Origin: Bacteroidota bacterium
Lineage (GTDB): Bacteria > Bacteroidota > Bacteroidia > Bacteroidales > UBA12077
Direction of reading: 5' to 3'
DNA length: 33,781 nt
Assembly: GCA_051746885.1 (NCBI GenBank)
Contig: JBNJFN010000003.1
Location: 1 to 33,781, forward strand
Shown here: positions 29,058 through 33,781 of the stretch, in pieces
Numbering within the stretch: position 1 is the first letter of the stretch
How the letters are laid out: each line of letters begins with the position of its first letter
The notes under the pieces: generated by a model
Databases searched by the model: none
Told to the model about the DNA's origin: nothing
Seen by the model: only the letters and a program-made list of their open reading frames with translations
Program-made: the position numbers and the translations under genes

Positions 29058-29116
29058 TGATGAATGGGAATTTTCTGATATTTCATCGCTGATATGACCC
29101 GATCCTTCGGACTGTT

Positions 29117-29165
29117 ACCCGAAACTCGAGACCCGAGACCCGAAACCCGAGACTAGAAACCCGAC
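29117..29165. repeat. Heptamer tandem repeat, 7 copies, consensus ACCCGAR
   Basis: acccgaa actcgag acccgag acccgaa acccgag actagaa acccgac. Confidence 0.9.
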
Positions 29166-29203
29166 ACGTTTAGCTCTACGCCCCTGGCTCTTTCCACCAG
29201 CCA

Positions 29204-30349
29204 CTAAGCCCTATCCTCTTCGCTACCGGTTTCAGAAAGGTGGTCAAACATTGCCCTGGCTACCCGGTAGCTGGCGCCCCTGCCACCCAGTAGGTCCCTC
29301 AGTTTCCTGTATTCTTCTTTCATATTCGAGATATACTTCTCATTTCTCAGGATGTTCTCCAGTTCATGCCTTAGATTGTCAGGGTTCATCTCATCCTGGA
29401 TCAGCTCTCTGACCACTTCCTTTTTCATGTTAAGATTAACCAGGGAAATGTAGCTTACCTTCACGAAATGTTTGGCTATCCGGTAGGATATGGGATTGGC
29501 CTTATAGCATACTACCTGTGGTACATTAAACAGGGCAGCTTCCAGTGTTGCCGTCCCGGACGTGATAAGCGCAGCCACAGAGTGGTTTAACAATTCATAA
29601 GTTCTGTCATACAGAAAATGAACGCTGGTATCACTCAAATACTCCTGATAATACTCAGGTTCAATGGAAGGAGCGCCTGCCACCACAAACTGATATTCAT
29701 TGAAATCCTTAACCTCTTCCAGCATAACAGAAAGGTTACGGTCAATCTCCTGCTTTCTGCTGCCGGGTAAAATGGCAACAACCGGCCTGTCTTCCAGTTT
29801 ATGCTCTTTTATGAAATCATCCCATGGCTTCCGGTTTTCCTTCCACTCATCTATGGCATCAATCAGGGGATTACCATAATATTCCGCCGGATACTGGTGC
29901 TTACGGTAAAATTCCCTTTCAAACGGAAAAATTATGAACATCCGGTCAACATAAGCCTTGATCTTTTTTATCCTCGATTCTTTCCATGCCCATATCTTCG
30001 GAGATATGTAATAATACACCGGAATATTGTGTTTTTTGGCAAAGCGGGCCATTCTCAGATTAAAACCCGGATAATCGATCAAAATCAAAACATCCGGTTT
30101 ATGATTCAAAATATCCCTTTTGCAAAACCGAAAACTATGTCTTATCTGCCTGAATTTTACCATCACCTCCCAAAAACCCATAATGCTGTGATCGCGATAA
30201 TGCCTCACCAACTCGCCACCATGGGCTTGCATTCGGTCTCCCCCCCAGAAACGGAATGACGGATTCGGATCAACCTGCCTGAGTCCTTTTAACAGATTGG
30301 AGCCGTGAAGATCTCCGGAGGCTTCTCCTGCAATGAGATAATATTTCAT
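29204..30349 (-). CDS. lpxB: Lipid-A-disaccharide synthase
   Basis: AGEASGDLHG, IDYPGFN, YISPKIWAW, IFPFE, LPGSRKQE, SGTATLE and ELIQ motifs. ATG at 30349 preferred (ORF track 30358). Confidence 0.96.
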   Translation of the reverse strand: MKYYLIAGEASGDLHGSNLLKGLRQVDPNPSFRFWGGDRMQAHGGELVRHYRDHSIMGFWEVMVKFRQIRHSFRFCKRDILNHKPDVLILIDYPGFNLRMARFAKKHNIPVYYYISPKIWAWKESRIKKIKAYVDRMFIIFPFEREFYRKHQYPAEYYGNPLIDAIDEWKENRKPWDDFIKEHKLEDRPVVAILPGSRKQEIDRNLSVMLEEVKDFNEYQFVVAGAPSIEPEYYQEYLSDTSVHFLYDRTYELLNHSVAALITSGTATLEAALFNVPQVVCYKANPISYRIAKHFVKVSYISLVNLNMKKEVVRELIQDEMNPDNLRHELENILRNEKYISNMKEEYRKLRDLLGGRGASYRVARAMFDHLSETGSEEDRA

Positions 30350-30350
30350 G

Positions 30351-30647
30351 TCATGCAAATTTCAAAATAACCACAAGAAAACCAAGCAACAAAGTAGCTA
30401 AAACGACTCCCCTTGCAGAATAAAGGCGGTTTATCCAGATAAAAATAAAAAAAAGCAACAGGTTGGGATACACACACACGCTGATGAACTTTGAGAATAA
30501 TTTCAATTCCAATAGCTGGTCAAAAAATATATCCAGGGGATAATTGGCAAATTTCACAATATAAAATAAAATCATAACAATCAACGGCCAGCCTATACCC
30601 AGCAAAATTCCAAGTTTCAAAGAGTCCCAACTCTTCTTGCTAGTCAT
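30351..30647 (-). CDS. Small hypothetical membrane protein (about 3 TM helices)
   Basis: Hydrophobic 98-aa ORF that fills the surE-lpxB gap, overlapping the surE stop and ending 1 nt before the lpxB ATG. Confidence 0.8.
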   Translation of the reverse strand: MTSKKSWDSLKLGILLGIGWPLIVMILFYIVKFANYPLDIFFDQLLELKLFSKFISVCVYPNLLLFFIFIWINRLYSARGVVLATLLLGFLVVILKFA

Positions 30648-31416
30648 AGCCAATATCTTTCAGCCTTTTCATTGCCTTATAATCGGTAAGATCCACCTTT
30701 ATTGGAACCACTGAGATGTACCCATTGGCAAGGGCCCACTCGTCGGTATCAGCAGCTCCGTTCTCATGATTTTCAAAATACCCGGTAAGCCAAAAATATT
30801 CACCAGCCCGGGGATCGAGCCGTTTTTCAAATTCCTCTTGCCATACGCCTTTTGCCTGGCGGCATATTTGTATTCCCTTGATCTCTTTTACAGGAATTGC
30901 CGGAACGTTCACATTCAGACAGGTTCCCTCCGGGAGGCCATTTTCCAGAGTGTGTTTAACAATCTTTCTCCCGTATTCAATGGTTGCTGTAAAATCAGCA
31001 TCCGGATCGAAATCAAGCAAGGAAAAACCAATGGAAATTATATCATTCAGGCAGCCTTCAATCACAGCCCCCATTGTTCCGGAATACATCACACTCACTG
31101 AAGCATTGGAACCGTGATTGATACCAGAGACAACCAGGTCGGGTTCCCGGGGAAGGATTTCGCTAAATGCCAGCTTAACAGAATCAACAGGCGTGCCGGT
31201 ACACCCGTATACCTGAACATTTTCCGATTCCCTGAGCTTTCTATACCTGATCGGTACTTCTACAGTTATGGAATGAGATTTTCCCGAATGCACATAAAAA
31301 GGAGCCACTGCGTATATCGTTCCGAAAGGACGAACCATTTCTATCAACGAGCTGAAGCCTTTCGCCTCCACTCCATCATCATTCGTTACCAGAATTAAAG
31401 GTCTCTTCGTGTCCAA
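30640..31416 (-). CDS. surE: 5'/3'-nucleotidase SurE
   Basis: ILVTNDDG, SGKSHSIT, GTPVDSV, SGINHGSN, YSGTMGA and LNVNVP motifs; TTG start. Confidence 0.96.
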   Translation of the reverse strand: MDTKRPLILVTNDDGVEAKGFSSLIEMVRPFGTIYAVAPFYVHSGKSHSITVEVPIRYRKLRESENVQVYGCTGTPVDSVKLAFSEILPREPDLVVSGINHGSNASVSVMYSGTMGAVIEGCLNDIISIGFSLLDFDPDADFTATIEYGRKIVKHTLENGLPEGTCLNVNVPAIPVKEIKGIQICRQAKGVWQEEFEKRLDPRAGEYFWLTGYFENHENGAADTDEWALANGYISVVPIKVDLTDYKAMKRLKDIGYD

Positions 31417-31444
31417 TGTTTACAACCAGTTGATTAATGTTATG

Positions 31445-31474
31445 CAAAGATATGGAAATGTCTATAATTATCAA
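31445..31474 (-). promoter_or_regulatory. Bacteroidota promoter for surE-hypothetical-lpxB
   Basis: Minus strand reads TTG (31474-31472)-N19-TATCTTTG (31452-31445). Confidence 0.65.
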
Positions 31475-31519
31475 TATTCATCGGGCAATTCTTGTGCTTA
31501 ATTTTGTCCAAATATTTTT

Positions 31520-31527
31520 TATTTTTG
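31520..31527 (+). promoter_or_regulatory. -7 promoter element (TATTTTTG) for pheT
   Basis: Exact TAnnTTTG match 55 nt upstream of the pheT ATG. Confidence 0.5.
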
Positions 31528-31582
31528 TCACCTTTATACAGCACCGAATCATAACATGAATTCCTGAAAACAATTTGTTGCA

Positions 31583-33781
31583 ATGAAAATCTCTTATAAC
31601 TGGCTAAAAGATTACGTGGATACAAGTTTATCGCCCGAAGAAGTCGCGCAGATTCTAACCAACACGGGCCTTGAAGTGGAAGGGAAGGAAGCTTTTCAGT
31701 CCGTGGAAGGCGGCCTGGAGGGACTGCTAATTGGCAGAGTCACTTCCTGCAAGAACCACCCCAAAGCAGATAACCTGAGTATTACCACCGTTGACGTGGG
31801 AATGGATCACGAGCTGCCGATTGTATGTGGAGCACCGAACGTAGCCGAAGGTCAGAAGGTGGTGGTGGCCAGGCCGGGAACCAAGCTATTCATAAACGGA
31901 AAGCGAACGGAGCTCAAGAAAACCAAGATACGCGGAGAAGTTTCTGAAGGTATGATCTGTGCCGAGGACGAGATCGGTCTGGGAGACGACCATGAAGGGA
32001 TCGTGGTTTTGGATGATGATGCACCTGTAGGCGGAGATGTAAAAGATTATTTTCATGTTGAAGAGGATACCGTTCTGGAGATCGACCTTACCCCCAACCG
32101 CATTGACGGCGCCTCACATATTGGAGTGGCCCGGGACCTTGTGGCATACCTCAGGCAGTCCGAAGATATAGAATTACAGAAACCGTCGGTACAACATTTT
32201 AATAAAGACGATGATAACCTGAAGATCGATGTGGAGATCGTTAACAGGGAAGCCTGCCCGCGATATTCAGGAGTTGCCCTTACCAATGTACAGGTGGGAC
32301 CCTCGCCTGAATGGTTGCAAAACCGTTTAAAGGCAGTGGGTCTTAATCCCATTAACAACCTTGTGGATATATCCAACTTCGTATTGCTGGAAACCGGCCA
32401 GCCCCTCCACTTCTTTGATGCCGACAAGATCAAAGACAACAAAGTGCTCATCCAAAAACTGAGTGAGGGCACACCATTCACCTCCCTCGATGAGCAGGAA
32501 ATCAAACTATCAGCAGAAGATCTTATGATCTGCGATACCGAAAAACCTATGTGTATAGCAGGCGTACTTGGCGGAACCAATTCCGGTGTCACCGAGAATA
32601 CCAAAAACCTGTTTATCGAGAGTGCCTACTTTGATCCAAAACACATTAGAAATACGGCCAAACGGCACGGGCTCAATACAGATGCTTCCTACCGTTTCGA
32701 AAGAGGCGCCGATCCCAACAATACCGTTTATGCCCTGAAAAGAGCTGCGCTCATGGTGAAAGAGATCGCAGGGGGCAACATTTCTTCCGAAATTGTGGAC
32801 GAATACCCCGATCCCATAGACAAAGGAATGGTAGATCTGAACTTCGACAATCTTTTCAGATTGACAGGAATGGAAATTCCCCTGCCAGCCCTGAGAACAA
32901 TATTGTCGGCCCTGGATATTGAGATCGAGGAAGAAACCGAACGGGGTATGAAGTTAAGCATCCCTACTTACCGGGTAGATGTTACCAGGGAGGTCGATGT
33001 GATCGAGGAAATACTAAGAATCTATGGATACAACAGAATTGAAGCTCCGGAAAAGCTCAACGCCACATTAACTTATTCGGAAGGTACAGACCGGGAAAAA
33101 TATACGGACGTGATCTCCACGTTGCTTACAGGAAAGGGTTTTACCGAAATCATGTCCAATTCCCTTACCAAATCGGCTTATTATAACGACCTTACCACCT
33201 TTCCGGAGAACAACCTTGTTTATCTCCATAACCCCCTTAGCAGCGATCTCAACAGTATGAGACAAACTTTGCTGTTCGGGGGACTGGAAGCTGTGGCCCA
33301 TAACATCAATCATCAAAGGCCGGACTTGAAGCTTTTCGAGATCGGCAACTGCTATTCCCGTCAATCCGCCGATGGATCAGGTGATGTGCTGAAAGGATTT
33401 CATGAGGAAAGTCATCTGGGATTATTCATATCGGGCCAATTCACCGGAGAAAGCTGGATAGAAAAACAAAAACCTGCCGATTTCTTCCACATGAAAGGTT
33501 ATGTGGAAAGCATCCTGGATAAGCTGGGCTTCCATATGCGCCAGTTTAAAATGGAAGAACTCGAGAGCGACATTTTTGTCCAGGGACTCCGGTATAAGCT
33601 GAAAAAACATACCATAGCCGAGATCGGCATGGTACACCAAAATATTCTGAACAAGCTGGATATTGATATCCCTGTGTACTTCGGCGATATATACTGGGGC
33701 AAGGTGATGGAGCTGGCCGAAAACAACCGGGTGGAATATCAGGAGATCCCCAAATATCCGCAGGTTAGAAGAGATCTGGCA
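31583..33781 (+). CDS. pheT: Phenylalanine--tRNA ligase beta subunit, partial; runs off the right edge
   Basis: Not in the ORF track because no stop falls in the window. Manual reading gives MKISYNWLKDYV.., IVCGAPNV, DLTPNRID, RFERG and a final KYPQVRRDLA in the same frame as the start. Confidence 0.96.
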   Translation, partial: MKISYNWLKDYVDTSLSPEEVAQILTNTGLEVEGKEAFQSVEGGLEGLLIGRVTSCKNHPKADNLSITTVDVGMDHELPIVCGAPNVAEGQKVVVARPGTKLFINGKRTELKKTKIRGEVSEGMICAEDEIGLGDDHEGIVVLDDDAPVGGDVKDYFHVEEDTVLEIDLTPNRIDGASHIGVARDLVAYLRQSEDIELQKPSVQHFNKDDDNLKIDVEIVNREACPRYSGVALTNVQVGPSPEWLQNRLKAVGLNPINNLVDISNFVLLETGQPLHFFDADKIKDNKVLIQKLSEGTPFTSLDEQEIKLSAEDLMICDTEKPMCIAGVLGGTNSGVTENTKNLFIESAYFDPKHIRNTAKRHGLNTDASYRFERGADPNNTVYALKRAALMVKEIAGGNISSEIVDEYPDPIDKGMVDLNFDNLFRLTGMEIPLPALRTILSALDIEIEEETERGMKLSIPTYRVDVTREVDVIEEILRIYGYNRIEAPEKLNATLTYSEGTDREKYTDVISTLLTGKGFTEIMSNSLTKSAYYNDLTTFPENNLVYLHNPLSSDLNSMRQTLLFGGLEAVAHNINHQRPDLKLFEIGNCYSRQSADGSGDVLKGFHEESHLGLFISGQFTGESWIEKQKPADFFHMKGYVESILDKLGFHMRQFKMEELESDIFVQGLRYKLKKHTIAEIGMVHQNILNKLDIDIPVYFGDIYWGKVMELAENNRVEYQEIPKYPQVRRDLA

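Noticed and set aside
29117-29165. CRISPR array or IS end
   Set aside because: Units are 7 nt with no spacers; no cas or transposase genes in the window
31440-31625. 61-aa minus-strand ORF
   Set aside because: Overlaps the pheT start and both divergent promoter elements; no protein-like features
32053-33726. Several minus-strand ORFs of 72-183 aa
   Set aside because: All are antisense to pheT, which the ORF track misses only because its stop is outside the window

Overview
Bacteroidota chromosomal window, probably Bacteroidales/Marinilabiliales-like; this rests on gldF/gldG, TAnnTTTG promoter motifs and a pheT with no pheS directly upstream. Bases 1-18211 are a minus-strand surface-glycan locus truncated at the left edge. 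It encodes WbpB, a nucleotide-sugar dehydrogenase, two SDR epimerases, two DegT aminotransferases (one partial), an AsnB-type amidotransferase, two FemABX/GNAT-like proteins, three sulfotransferases, three GT4-like glycosyltransferases, Wzx and a PglC-like initiating transferase, but no visible Wzy, Wzz, WbpD or PAPS-synthesis genes. Next come a small HTH-like protein with an upstream palindrome and downstream terminator, an HD protein, and a gldF-gldG-DUF4340-like-dnaN-exonuclease-FAH run. A divergent PagL-like/GIN-lipoprotein/metallophosphoesterase operon converges on surE-hypothetical-lpxB, and a partial pheT ends the window. The best leads are (1) a possibly short, unpolymerised, multiply sulfated, amidated and (amino)acylated glycan and (2) two intergenic mosaics of short tandem repeats, 15 kb apart, that share a motif. 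All family calls come from motif recognition by eye; no searches were run.
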